A stretch of 64,000 bases of DNA from Promethearchaeota archaeon. GTDB lineage: Archaea; Asgardarchaeota; Thorarchaeia; Thorarchaeales; Thorarchaeaceae. Every line of letters starts with the position of its first letter. The stretch's first letter is position 1. The notes beneath the pieces were generated by a model. It saw only the letters and a list, made by a program, of their open reading frames with translations, was not told where the DNA came from and searched no databases. The DNA lies in contig WJMJ01000071.1 in NCBI GenBank assembly GCA_014728035.1, positions 96,001 through 160,000 of the forward strand. Direction: 5' to 3'. The position numbers and the translations under genes were made by a program. Below are positions 1-9,838 of the stretch, in pieces.

Positions 1-184
1 GTGAATATCTCCATAATGAGTTTATTTTTGATGGAAACATACCTGCTTGAATCTCATCAATGACACTCATCATATCATAAATTGCAAAGAGTGGTGAACC
101 ACATACGCAATAGCTTGCCTTTGCATCAGCTGAGTGTATTCTGTGACACTGTGGGCATTCTAAATGGGTGATGTATGAGAACAT
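1..184 (-). CDS. thrC: Threonine synthase, N-terminal part (runs off the left edge)
   Basis: Not in the ORF track. Manual translation from ATG at 184: MFSYITHLECPQCHRIHSADAKASYCVCGSPLFAIYD...INSLWRYS, the CxxC..CxCGxPL..Y..SLWRY N-terminus typical of archaeal/bacterial threonine synthases. Confidence 0.75.
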   Translation of the reverse strand, partial: MFSYITHLECPQCHRIHSADAKASYCVCGSPLFAIYDMMSVIDEIQAGMFPSKINSLWRYS

Positions 185-258
185 GTTTTTCTCAACGATA
201 CGTAAAGGGACAGCCTTATTTGAGTTTACCACTTTTCTTGCTTCGATGTGGGGTATCT

Positions 259-1464
259 ATGTCTGAATCAAAACGTTCTGTTCTTCCCTTTACAGCACTA
301 GTTGGTCTCGATCGTTTGAAACTTGCTCTAATTCTAAATGGGGTCAACCCGCGAATTGGTGGAGTCTTAGTTTCAGGTCCTAAAGGTACAGGTAAAACCA
401 CCGTAGTACGAGCTTTAGCAGACTTACTTCCTGAAGTTGATGTTATCGAAGACTGTAGGTTTGGTTGTAATCCTCGTGATATCGAATCTTTGTGTGTTGA
501 ATGTGTGGCTAGGATATCTTCTGGTGAAGAGTTAGTCCAAAAGAAACGACCTATGCGAGTAGTAAATCTTCCACTCTCAACGACAGAAGATCGTTTGATT
601 GGAGCTCTTGACATAGAGAGAGTTCTCCAAGAGGGGATACAAGCACTAAAACCAGGAATTCTAGCAGAAGCACATCAAAATGTACTATATGTTGATGAAG
701 TCAATCTGCTTCCGGATCATCTGGTTGATGACCTTCTAGATGCAGCTGCTACAAAGGTAAACGTAATTGAACGAGAGGGTATTTCGATATCGCATCCTTC
801 TAATTTCATCTTGATGGGTTCTATGAATCCAGAAGAAGGTGAACTTAGACCTCAATTATTGGATCGATTTCCATTACATGTTTCTGTTAGTTCAAATCAT
901 TCTATTGAAGATAGAATGGAGCTTGTTCGTAGGAATTTGGAATTTGAATCCGATCCCAATGCATTCAGAGAGGAATATCGTCCATATCAAAACGAACTTC
1001 GAGAACGGATATTGAAAGCCCAAGAATTACTTCCTGATGTTATGCTCTCTGATGGTAAATTACGTGCTATTGCAATGGCTTGTGATGCTCTTGAAGTTGA
1101 TGGTGTTAGACCAGATATCATCATTAGTAAAACCGCAATCACAAATGCAGCTCTTGATGGCAGAACAGAAGTCAATCTTGATGACATGCAATTAGCAGCA
1201 CAATTGACTCTTAGTCATAGAACACGAAGAGGTGGATTGCTTGAACCTCCTTCCTCTGAAGATATCAGCACAGCTATAGCTCGAGCTGCTGATGTCAGTG
1301 AAAAGAAGGATCGCCGCAAATCACCTACTCAGGTACCTCCAGAAGAGAAGTCATCTGACGAATCTGAAAAAGGAACGCGTTTTAGTGGAGGTAAATTTGG
1401 AAGGCAATCTCGGTATGCTGTAGGCGGAAAACAAGAAGGGAAAAAGAAACAGCCAAAAAAATAA
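259..1464 (+). CDS. ChlI/BchI-type (Mg/Co-chelatase subunit I-like) AAA+ ATPase; 0-frame product of a probable frameshifted chlD-like gene
   Basis: PFTALVG, GPKGTGKT (Walker A), LYVDEVNLL (Walker B), MNPEEGELRPQLLDRF. Probable start is ATG 259 (MSESK) rather than 175. Confidence 0.9.
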   Translation: MSESKRSVLPFTALVGLDRLKLALILNGVNPRIGGVLVSGPKGTGKTTVVRALADLLPEVDVIEDCRFGCNPRDIESLCVECVARISSGEELVQKKRPMRVVNLPLSTTEDRLIGALDIERVLQEGIQALKPGILAEAHQNVLYVDEVNLLPDHLVDDLLDAAATKVNVIEREGISISHPSNFILMGSMNPEEGELRPQLLDRFPLHVSVSSNHSIEDRMELVRRNLEFESDPNAFREEYRPYQNELRERILKAQELLPDVMLSDGKLRAIAMACDALEVDGVRPDIIISKTAITNAALDGRTEVNLDDMQLAAQLTLSHRTRRGGLLEPPSSEDISTAIARAADVSEKKDRRKSPTQVPPEEKSSDESEKGTRFSGGKFGRQSRYAVGGKQEGKKKQPKK

Positions 1465-1495
1465 GGAACCCCCGAGGTGACCCTATCAAGGGCAC
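1455..1495 (+). other. Putative -1 programmed ribosomal frameshift signal (A_AAA_AAA slippery heptamer plus downstream hairpin)
   Basis: cc-A AAA AAA TAA at 1455-1464 is in the correct phase. The -1 frame is open from there into ORF 1509. Hairpin gtg(a)ccct-atca-agggcac at 1477-1495. Confidence 0.65.
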
Positions 1496-1508
1496 GATTT
1501 GTGCTATA

Positions 1509-2939
1509 ATGGCTATGGTCGTGTTTGGTTATCTTGGGTGGCTATTGCTGAATCCCTTCCACTTCATACTTGGTATTCCAATTGGTTCCATTCTTCCAAT
1601 ACCTATCGTCATAGTTCTCACCGTAGTCTATATTCCGATGATATACTATATTGTTCGGTATTGGTTACGTACTATGACAAAAAGGAAAAGTGGTCCAGCT
1701 AGTGGTATTGATACAGTTGAAGCTGGGCCTGCAAAAGCTGAGGATGGCGACCAATGGGGACGTGCATCAATGCCCTACAAAGCTAAGCATAAATCAAAAG
1801 TGATTGGATCAAAATCCGAGATTCGCGACCCACCAGTTGATTTAGGCTCAGAGTTCTTCACGAAAACTCCTGATTTAGATACAGGTGAACCAATATTCGA
1901 TGTTGAGGAGCTTAAGGCTAAAGCAATGATTCGTTCAAAAATCACATCTGGCGGTTGGATCAACAAAAGAGTAAGTTCACGAGGTGTCGGTTCTCTTAAA
2001 GCCTCAGAAACTGCTCAATATGGAAGACCTATACGATCTCGTCAACCGACAGGCGACTTGGGTAGTATAGACTTGCCAGCGACAATTGTTAGAGCTATAG
2101 GTAGAACTGGAAAATTAGCACCAGGTCAGCAGTTGGAAATCAAATCGTCCGATATACGTGAAAAAGTGTTTACTGGGCATACACCCTTGACTATTCTTCT
2201 CGTAATAGATGTGAGCCTATCTATGAAATCTAGTAGAAAGCAGATTCGCAAACTACTTGAAAGAATTGAAAGAGAAACACGTGGTTCAAAAGATAGAACT
2301 GGAATTGTAGCTTTCAAAGAGAGTGGAGCTATTGAAGTTCAAGCTCCAACGACAAACTGGAACAAGATATACAGAGCTCTTTCCAAACTACGGATTTCTG
2401 GACTGACCCCTCTTGCAGAAGCGGTCATGAAATCTCTGGAGATTATCAAGCGAGAACGGATGCGAAATCGCGATATTGAGCCCCTAATTGTAATTATTTC
2501 TGATTTTGCTCCAAATATTCCACTTGCTCAATCTGTTGGACCTGGTCATCTCGAATATACTCCAGTTCGTGATATAGTGCGAGCTGCTAGAATAGCGAAG
2601 AAATCAGATGTTCGTATTGCTACTGTGAATGTAGACCCATCTCAAATGAACTGGATTCGCTTTCTAAAGAGACCCTATCACGAAGCACTTGAATTGGCTA
2701 CTATGCTTCGAATGAAGAAAGAAGGTTTTGACGACCCAATCGAAACTATTCTGTCTGTTCATGAGTTTCGCCAGACCTTTGGGGCATATCTGATTGCCAA
2801 AGTAGGCGGCGGAAAATGTTTCCTTTCAAAGGAGTTATTGAAGAAGGACTCGATTCTTAGTGAATTCATATCCGGTGCTCACAGTAAATCAACTATTCGC
2901 TCGGAAGACCTTAAGGCTGCAGAGTCGTATATCACTTGA
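1509..2939 (+). CDS. vWA-domain (ChlD C-terminal-like) protein with N-terminal transmembrane hairpin; probably the -1 frame continuation of the AAA+ ORF
   Basis: IDLPATIVRA and DIREKV linker motifs of ChlD, MIDAS VIDVSLSM, GLTPLA, ISD. Two hydrophobic segments at the N-terminus. Confidence 0.85.
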   Translation: MAMVVFGYLGWLLLNPFHFILGIPIGSILPIPIVIVLTVVYIPMIYYIVRYWLRTMTKRKSGPASGIDTVEAGPAKAEDGDQWGRASMPYKAKHKSKVIGSKSEIRDPPVDLGSEFFTKTPDLDTGEPIFDVEELKAKAMIRSKITSGGWINKRVSSRGVGSLKASETAQYGRPIRSRQPTGDLGSIDLPATIVRAIGRTGKLAPGQQLEIKSSDIREKVFTGHTPLTILLVIDVSLSMKSSRKQIRKLLERIERETRGSKDRTGIVAFKESGAIEVQAPTTNWNKIYRALSKLRISGLTPLAEAVMKSLEIIKRERMRNRDIEPLIVIISDFAPNIPLAQSVGPGHLEYTPVRDIVRAARIAKKSDVRIATVNVDPSQMNWIRFLKRPYHEALELATMLRMKKEGFDDPIETILSVHEFRQTFGAYLIAKVGGGKCFLSKELLKKDSILSEFISGAHSKSTIRSEDLKAAESYIT

Positions 2940-3120
2940 CCGGACTGATGCATTGCCAGCTCGATGGTGTTATTAATACAATATGACAAGAATGAATGCG
3001 CATCAAGTCTGATTTGCCCTGGTGTCATAGTGAGTGTGGAGAGCCCAGTCTGGGTTTCTATGATACTACTTTTCATACATCAGGTACAAGACTTATGCGC
3101 ACTAGATTGAATGAGGTCCA

Positions 3121-4140
3121 ATGATGCGTCCCGGAAAGATTCCACCTGACTTACTAGTCAAGTATGTATTTTCCCATTTAGGTAAAATGGATGAGTCTGT
3201 AATTCTAGGTCCGCATTTGGGGGAAGATGCATCATTAATAGAGATTGGAGACTATGTCATAGCGGCAGCAACTGATCCAATTACTGGTTCTATATCTGAT
3301 GTTGGTTGGTTAGCAGTACATGTAAACGCAAATGATATTGCCACCTTTGGTATTCCCCCATCTTGGTTTCTATCATCTATTCTTCTTCCTGAAACAATCG
3401 ATGAAACATCCATCGAACAAATAATGAATCAGATGGATAGTGCAGCAAAGTCATTGGGAGTTTCTATTGCTGGAGGCCATACTGAGGTAACTACAGGGAT
3501 TGATAGACCTATTGTTGCAGGATTCATGTTAGGAATTACTAAACGCGGATGTTACGTGACATCAAGTGGAGCAAATCCTGGTGATGAAATCTTACTAACA
3601 AAATATGCTGGCTTGGAGGGGACTTCCATTCTTGCAACTGAAGGAGAAAGATATCTTAGACAAGCAATCGATTCTTCCATACTTAAAGAAGCCCAGAAGC
3701 TTAAACAACAAATAAGCGTGGTTGAAGATGGAGTACAGGCATATCGAACTGGTCATGTTACTGCCATGCACGATCCTACAGAAGGTGGTGTTGCTAATGG
3801 TCTTCATGAGATGTGTGATGCAGGTAATTTGGGATGCCGTATCAATGGCAATTCTATCCCTGTGCATGAATCTACATTCGAAATCTGTAGGTTTCTTGAC
3901 ATCGATGTTCTTCAACTTATTAGTAGTGGAAGTATGCTGATTGCATGTGATGCTGGAAAATCTAAAAAGGTAGTTGATACATTATTTTCATTTGGTATAA
4001 ACACTGTGAAAATTGGTGAGTTTTTGGAAGATTCACAAACTCGAGTTATCAATCAGCATGAACAGGAGAAATCTTTGCCTAGACCTAATACTGATGCCCT
4101 TTGGAACGCACTTAGGTTAGTAAATCAAGAAAATCCTTGA
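3121..4140 (+). CDS. AIR synthase-related / HypE-like protein
   Basis: GEDA, TDPIT, VNANDIA, GGHTE, AMHDPTEGG motifs. Confidence 0.85.
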   Translation: MMRPGKIPPDLLVKYVFSHLGKMDESVILGPHLGEDASLIEIGDYVIAAATDPITGSISDVGWLAVHVNANDIATFGIPPSWFLSSILLPETIDETSIEQIMNQMDSAAKSLGVSIAGGHTEVTTGIDRPIVAGFMLGITKRGCYVTSSGANPGDEILLTKYAGLEGTSILATEGERYLRQAIDSSILKEAQKLKQQISVVEDGVQAYRTGHVTAMHDPTEGGVANGLHEMCDAGNLGCRINGNSIPVHESTFEICRFLDIDVLQLISSGSMLIACDAGKSKKVVDTLFSFGINTVKIGEFLEDSQTRVINQHEQEKSLPRPNTDALWNALRLVNQENP

Positions 4141-4897
4141 CTTTTTCTACTTCTTCTTGTTTTATAGTTTCGATGATGATAGGTGAAACGGAAACATTCT
4201 CTTCAACCAATACAACATGTGCATCAGTATCTTTTGGTGTTTCAAGAAACTCACCATCTATCCAATAATATGGTGACTGGTTAGGGTCGATTCGCTGGTC
4301 TAATGTATTCGCCATTCTGCATCGAACAGGGCGTGTGGCCTTTATTTCTGGATTTTTCCGCATATCCAAAGGGAAATTTATGTTTAAAGCATCAATGCCT
4401 TCTGGCAATCCATTCTTTATTACAGCTTTAATTATTTTTGTAGCGATTCTGCTCATCTCTGCATAATCTCTATCACTAGCATGATTGTTGAACCATTCAT
4501 TTGGGTTCACTGTCATAGAAACTGCAATTGCGGGATATCCAAGAATGGCTGCTTCCATTACAATTCCGACTGTTCCGCTTGTCATCATACTCTGATACCC
4601 TAAATTAGCTCCTGCATTGATTCCTGCAATGAAAATGTCGATATCATCAAAGAATGAGTTAGCTATCACTACAGAATCCGCTGGCATTCCAGAATGTTTC
4701 AACATCTTAATGTCTGTTTCAATTTCGGTTTCTATAATTCTGAGGGGATGATTCAAGGTCATGCTTTTTCCGGAACCACTTCTTTGTTGATCTGGCACAA
4801 TGACGATTACCTCTCCTAAGTCTGATAGATTTTTGGCAAAGACTCTCAGACTGCGACCATCTGGGCCATCATCATTTGCTAAACATATTTTTGTCAT
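4112..4897 (-). CDS. surE: 5'/3'-nucleotidase SurE
   Basis: NDDG, P..QRSGSG, GMPADSV, GINAGANLG, SGTV motifs. Confidence 0.92.
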   Translation of the reverse strand: MTKICLANDDGPDGRSLRVFAKNLSDLGEVIVIVPDQQRSGSGKSMTLNHPLRIIETEIETDIKMLKHSGMPADSVVIANSFFDDIDIFIAGINAGANLGYQSMMTSGTVGIVMEAAILGYPAIAVSMTVNPNEWFNNHASDRDYAEMSRIATKIIKAVIKNGLPEGIDALNINFPLDMRKNPEIKATRPVRCRMANTLDQRIDPNQSPYYWIDGEFLETPKDTDAHVVLVEENVSVSPIIIETIKQEEVEKVKDFLDLLT

Positions 4898-4963
4898 ACA
4901 TGAATCAATCCTTTTTGAGAGTACTTATCATATTTTGAATGGAATATGAATGTTCACCTGTAT

Positions 4964-6076
4964 CTAATTCTCAAGGATATCAACAATTCTTTTAGCTGCT
5001 TTTCCATCCCCATATGGGCTTATTCGTGATTCTTCTAGACCCTCTGATATAGCATCTTTAATTGTTGGAACAAATTTCGATGGGTTGACCCCTACTAGAG
5101 TTGCATGACCGGATTCGATAGCTTCAGGCCTCTCTGTTGAGGTTCTCAGTACGAATACTCTCTTATTGATAGACGGTGCAGTTGCTTCCTCTTGAATTCC
5201 ACCTGAGTCAGTAAGAATGAATTTGCTGTCCAATATCAATCGCAAAAAATCAAGATATGCTACAGGTTGAATTATTTTGATTTTTCCACATTTTTCAATT
5301 CTATCAACCAAATCGAATTGCTCCAACCTTGAAACCGTTCTTGGATGTGCTGGGAACAAAATCGGTTCATCTAATGTAATCAGTCCCTCTATCAACTTGG
5401 TCAGTATCTTCTGGTCATCAACATTTTCAGCTCTATGTAATGTTAGAAGTATGTACTCCTCTAAATCATATTTTTCGATTGGATTGCTTCTTTTCTTGAC
5501 TAGAGGAATTCTAGATTCCAATGCATCAATTACTGTGTTACCTGTGATGTGGATTGAACCCCAAACATTTTCTTTTCTGAGGATTTCTGCAGATTTCTCA
5601 GTAGGAGCAAAGAGATAGCTTGATGCATGGTCTGTAAGTCTTCGATTATGTTCCTCTGGCATTCTTTGATCATAGCTGCGCAATCCTGCTTCGACATGTC
5701 CTACTGGGATATTCAACTTCACAGCAGCTAGAGTAGCAGAAAGAACTGCATTTGTATCACCTTGCACCAAAACGATATCAGGTTTGTATTTCAATAACTC
5801 TTTTTCGATTCCCACTAATGCCTTGGCTGTCTGTTCAGAATGTGAACCTGACCCTATTTCCAAATTTACATTAGGTTCTCTTAGACCCATATCTTCAAAA
5901 AATGATTTACTCATGAATTTTGAGTAGTGCTGACCTGTATGTAACAAGACGAATGAAATTCCTCTTCTCTCATATTCATGGGCAATGGGTGCCATTTTAA
6001 CAATTTCAGGTCTGGTTCCTACAACAATGAATGGCTTCAAGGGATTCACGAATCGGCTCTCCTTTCTACTTCTCAT
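4964..6076 (-). CDS. wecB: UDP-N-acetylglucosamine 2-epimerase (non-hydrolysing)
   Basis: GTRPEIVKMAP, HTGQHY, VQGDT, HVEAGLRS, PEEHNR, TDSGGIQEEA, TERPE, YGDG. Confidence 0.95.
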   Translation of the reverse strand: MRSRKESRFVNPLKPFIVVGTRPEIVKMAPIAHEYERRGISFVLLHTGQHYSKFMSKSFFEDMGLREPNVNLEIGSGSHSEQTAKALVGIEKELLKYKPDIVLVQGDTNAVLSATLAAVKLNIPVGHVEAGLRSYDQRMPEEHNRRLTDHASSYLFAPTEKSAEILRKENVWGSIHITGNTVIDALESRIPLVKKRSNPIEKYDLEEYILLTLHRAENVDDQKILTKLIEGLITLDEPILFPAHPRTVSRLEQFDLVDRIEKCGKIKIIQPVAYLDFLRLILDSKFILTDSGGIQEEATAPSINKRVFVLRTSTERPEAIESGHATLVGVNPSKFVPTIKDAISEGLEESRISPYGDGKAAKRIVDILEN

Positions 6077-6182
6077 AAATATGTTGCTTCTATAAGGAGA
6101 AAAACCTATTTCACTCTCAAAACATCTTTAAACTAGATTTCCCATTGATTGTACGTCCAACAACATTGTAGGTGAACTGAAA

Positions 6183-6956
6183 ATGCGTTATGCTCTTGGT
6201 ATTCTTGTAGGATTCATTCTATCCGGTATAGTATTCATTGGATATGGATATCTTAAGTTACTTGGAATTGGTGTCACAGATTATATTGCATTACAAGGTC
6301 TTTGGGGATTGTTTTTATTGTGGACTGTAATCGCAATCGCAATTCTGGCAGCACCCTTACTTTTACTTCTTGTAATTCGTCGTTCATCGCTTCGTGAATT
6401 CTTCTTGTTTGAAGTTGGAGGTTTGGCTTTATTCAGTCCATTGTGGTTTCTTCTAATTTCAGAAGTAACAGGAACTAGTATCACAGAAGTCCTTATTGAT
6501 GGAGTTTCTAATGCTCTTCCTTCCGTTGGTGGTGATGGAACCATTGTTGCAGCTGATATGGGTGGTATTATACTTTCACCGATTCTTTTAGCCATGATGA
6601 TTTTTGGAATTATCATTCTAAGACCTTCCTTCATTCTGGAACATTCAATATCAACTCCTAGAGAAAAGAAGAAGCGTGAAAAATCAGAAGAACCAAAGTC
6701 AATTGAAGAAACTATGCCTGAGGTATCTCCCCCTAAAGCAGATGAGGAGAGTATTGCAGAATTGAAACAAACCCTTTCTGAGATTGGCATTGGCGATCAA
6801 TCTGTCGATGCATTACTTAATGCTGGTTTTTCATCTGTTACAGAAGTTATCGCAGCCAGTCCGAATAATCTAGCTCAAGCTTTGGGAACCGATAGAAAGT
6901 CGGCTGAAGAAATTCAATTGAAGGTTCAGAAAATTGCCTTCTTTGGGGGACTTTAA
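6183..6956 (+). CDS. Membrane protein (about 4 TM) with C-terminal helix-hairpin-helix domain
   Basis: Hydrophobic N-terminal two-thirds. C-terminal GIGDQSVDALLNAGFSSVTEVIAASPNNLAQALGTDRKSAEEI matches the HhH pattern. Confidence 0.7.
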   Translation: MRYALGILVGFILSGIVFIGYGYLKLLGIGVTDYIALQGLWGLFLLWTVIAIAILAAPLLLLLVIRRSSLREFFLFEVGGLALFSPLWFLLISEVTGTSITEVLIDGVSNALPSVGGDGTIVAADMGGIILSPILLAMMIFGIIILRPSFILEHSISTPREKKKREKSEEPKSIEETMPEVSPPKADEESIAELKQTLSEIGIGDQSVDALLNAGFSSVTEVIAASPNNLAQALGTDRKSAEEIQLKVQKIAFFGGL

Positions 6957-7702
6957 CCAACTTCATCAAGAGCAACAAATGCATCTAATGCTGTATGAAT
7001 CAAGGGGCCAAGATCTGGTTTTCCAGTAATTTTCGCCTCTTTCTCTATTGGTTCACCTACTATTACACAAATACTTCCTACGCGAACTTGTCTGAGCTGA
7101 CCAATAACAAATAGAGTAGAGGCTTCCATCTCTGTGGCAAGAACACCACTTTCTCTCATAATTTCCCAACGTTGTTCTAACCTATCTGAATCTGATACCT
7201 TTTCTGGAAACTCACTATAAAATGCATCTTTGCTGTGTCCGATTCCAAGATAATATCGGTCCGTATACTTCTTTGCAGATTCTTTCAATTTGGAAACGAC
7301 TAGAGGATCTGCTATTGCAGGAAATTCAATTGGAACATATTGTCTCGAGGTTCCTTCATCTCTAACGGAACCTGTAATGATTACCAAATCCCCCGCGCTC
7401 AACGAATTTTGGATAGCACCTGCTGTTCCTACTCGGATAAATGTGGTACAGCCAACATGGATTAACTCCTCAATCGCAATAGCTGCTGAAGGGCAACCAA
7501 TACCTGTTGAGCAGACTGCAACGGGCAATCCTTGGTACGTTCCTTTGTAACTCATATACTCCCTATTATCGGCTATTAATTTTGGTTGATCGAAGAACTG
7601 CTCAGCGATTGCTGTTGCACGTTTTGGATCTCCTGGAAGTAATACATACTTAGGAATTTCTCCTTTTGAAATTCCAATGTGATACTCAGATTCTATTGCC
7701 AT
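6953..7702 (-). CDS. udp: Uridine/nucleoside phosphorylase
   Basis: YHIG, LLPGDPKRA, NREY, STGIGCPSAAIAIEEL, IRVGTAG, RDEGTS, EMEAS. Confidence 0.92.
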   Translation of the reverse strand: MAIESEYHIGISKGEIPKYVLLPGDPKRATAIAEQFFDQPKLIADNREYMSYKGTYQGLPVAVCSTGIGCPSAAIAIEELIHVGCTTFIRVGTAGAIQNSLSAGDLVIITGSVRDEGTSRQYVPIEFPAIADPLVVSKLKESAKKYTDRYYLGIGHSKDAFYSEFPEKVSDSDRLEQRWEIMRESGVLATEMEASTLFVIGQLRQVRVGSICVIVGEPIEKEAKITGKPDLGPLIHTALDAFVALDEVG

Positions 7703-7832
7703 AAAATAGACCGAATCAACCGTGTCAGTGTTTTGTAAAAAGGTTTCGAAACAACTTTGTAGAAATCAGCTGATTGATATTATAGAGATAATCTTAAAAG
7801 ATTCCTCTGAACGCCTCCAAGGAGTGCATACT

Positions 7833-8057
7833 ATGAGTGAGGATATTACCGAACTTGAGATGGAGATTCTTCGAGTCATACTCAATGATAGTCATAGACC
7901 TGCTGCCATAACTCGCATTCTAAAAAAGAATCATGTTGAATGTGATCAAAATGCAGTAGTTCAAGCTCTGCAATCTCTTGAAGCTCGCGATCTCGTCGAG
8001 CGATACACTACAAAAACTTGGATTGGCAAGTCCAGTGCTGAAAAATACTTCAGCTAA
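7833..8057 (+). CDS. Small winged-helix protein
   Basis: ITELEMEILRVI...AITRIL...VVQALQSLEARDLVER is wHTH-like. ATG 7833 is preceded by AGGAG. Confidence 0.55.
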   Translation: MSEDITELEMEILRVILNDSHRPAAITRILKKNHVECDQNAVVQALQSLEARDLVERYTTKTWIGKSSAEKYFS

Positions 8058-8080
8058 TGGACTTGTCCATTACTTTTCCT

Positions 8081-9067
8081 TCATAAATAATTGATAAGTG
8101 TATCAACTATATTGTATGTCAGCTGGGGATTCTTCTCACAAAAAATTCGTGTCTTTACAGTATTTGAAGTGACTATTCTACCTTTGCTTTTCTTCACTAG
8201 CGCTTCGAGCTTTTCTTCTCCCTTCTCAACAAGAGGAAGTACGTGAGCTACTGCCATCCCTACATTTTCTGCACCTTGTTCCATTAGTCTTTCAGATGCA
8301 CTCAACAGAGTACTACCACTTTTTGTAAGGTCATCTACCACAATAATATCTTTACAGTCCATCTCAACATCTCCATGAACCTGCACACAGTATGAGTTGT
8401 CACGACTTTTTCCAAATCCTGCTATGTCGTATCTCATTTGAGCTCCCTCGTCTGGTGTTATTACTCCATACTCATCAAAACCAAATTGCTTGGCAGCAAA
8501 CTTGATTAAATCAGGCACAATGTCAATTTCTTCGTAAAGGCCTCTTTTCCTGAGCTTCTCTACCCATGGCATCGTTGCAGTTGCATGTGGATTAACCACC
8601 CAAATTTTGTTACACAGCTTTGCCATGGTTTCCATTGCCCATCTTCCAGAAACAGCTTCTCCCGTTTTGAATGATTTATCTTGCAGCGCAAATGGCTGAA
8701 ATGTTAGGACGACCTCTACATTTCTTGGAGGTTCAATAGGAGTTTCCTTGTATTCTTTGTGACCAACCTTTTCGACTTCTACAGGTCTATTTAATAGATC
8801 CAAAATAAGCATTAGTTCAACCACACGGTCCGATGTGGTATATCTTTCAGATTCAGCAGGTCCAGCACCTGTGCAGCTCTGAATAACTACTACACGTCTC
8901 CTTGATAATTCAGCTACATTTTCAATCCTTGTATAGATATCTGCATTAGGAAATATCCGTCTATCATCATAATTGAGCTCACAGGTGAAAACTCTATAGC
9001 CAAAACTCTCAAAACGAGCTTTCATATGTTCTGCTCCAGTTGCTAGAATGACATCGTATTCTTTCAT
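8081..9067 (-). CDS. Divergent ribose-phosphate pyrophosphokinase (PRPP synthetase)-family protein
   Basis: FPNADIYTRI, QDKSFKTGEAVS, VNPH, TPDEGA and the PRT motif IVVDDLTKSGSTL. Confidence 0.75.
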   Translation of the reverse strand: MKEYDVILATGAEHMKARFESFGYRVFTCELNYDDRRIFPNADIYTRIENVAELSRRRVVVIQSCTGAGPAESERYTTSDRVVELMLILDLLNRPVEVEKVGHKEYKETPIEPPRNVEVVLTFQPFALQDKSFKTGEAVSGRWAMETMAKLCNKIWVVNPHATATMPWVEKLRKRGLYEEIDIVPDLIKFAAKQFGFDEYGVITPDEGAQMRYDIAGFGKSRDNSYCVQVHGDVEMDCKDIIVVDDLTKSGSTLLSASERLMEQGAENVGMAVAHVLPLVEKGEEKLEALVKKSKGRIVTSNTVKTRIFCEKNPQLTYNIVDTLINYL

Positions 9068-9118
9068 TTACGACCGCCGTGTTCTCGCCAGAGCAATCCC
9101 CTAAATAGTCTTACCATT

Positions 9119-9664
9119 CTATCTAACATCAGGTCGTTGTTGACCCACATATCTACTCTGTTTCCGTTTGTCGTATACAGTCTTAGCAGGGCTACTGAGT
9201 GGCATGAACATAATCTGGACAATCCTCATTCCAGGATAAAGAAGAACTGGACTAAGGTTCTCACAAAAAACCTCTAATGTCAGTCGACTAGGCTTCTCAA
9301 TTCCGGTACCAGGATTAACTAGACCTGCTGCATGAACAATGATTCCAAGTCTAGCTACACTCGACCGGCCTTCTAACAGTGCAGCATACTTTGGAGATAT
9401 TGAGATGTTCTCTATGGTCTGGGCTAAAATAAACTGCCCTGGTAGAATCATAAATGGCTCTGTTTCTGTATCCACTACCTTGGTGTCTCTATCAACAGGT
9501 TTGTCAGATTTAATATCAACAGGAGCCCCTGGACTATATATACGAAAAACGGAGTCAAGCGTTAAATCGATGCTACAAGGACCTAACATATCCTGTTCAA
9601 ATGGGTCGATCTTTATGTCTCCTTTATCTATTGCCTTCTCAATATCTGTGTCTGAGAGCATCAT
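9119..9664 (-). CDS. dcd: dCTP deaminase
   Basis: MLSDTDI, PCSIDLTL, EGRSSVARLG, LTLE, PGMRIVQ, Y..Q. Confidence 0.9.
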   Translation of the reverse strand: MMLSDTDIEKAIDKGDIKIDPFEQDMLGPCSIDLTLDSVFRIYSPGAPVDIKSDKPVDRDTKVVDTETEPFMILPGQFILAQTIENISISPKYAALLEGRSSVARLGIIVHAAGLVNPGTGIEKPSRLTLEVFCENLSPVLLYPGMRIVQIMFMPLSSPAKTVYDKRKQSRYVGQQRPDVR

Positions 9665-9838
9665 TTCGTTTAGCACCTTTATTGAATGACACTTGAACAA
9701 TTTCCTAAAGATATTGTTGGTTGATATGAATCAGTAACTGGATGTTAAATTGGTACTGTGATGTTTTTATGACCGTATACGACAATCTAAAATGCACTTA
9801 ATCTGTATTATTAATGCCACCAGGAGTATGAATTCCTG

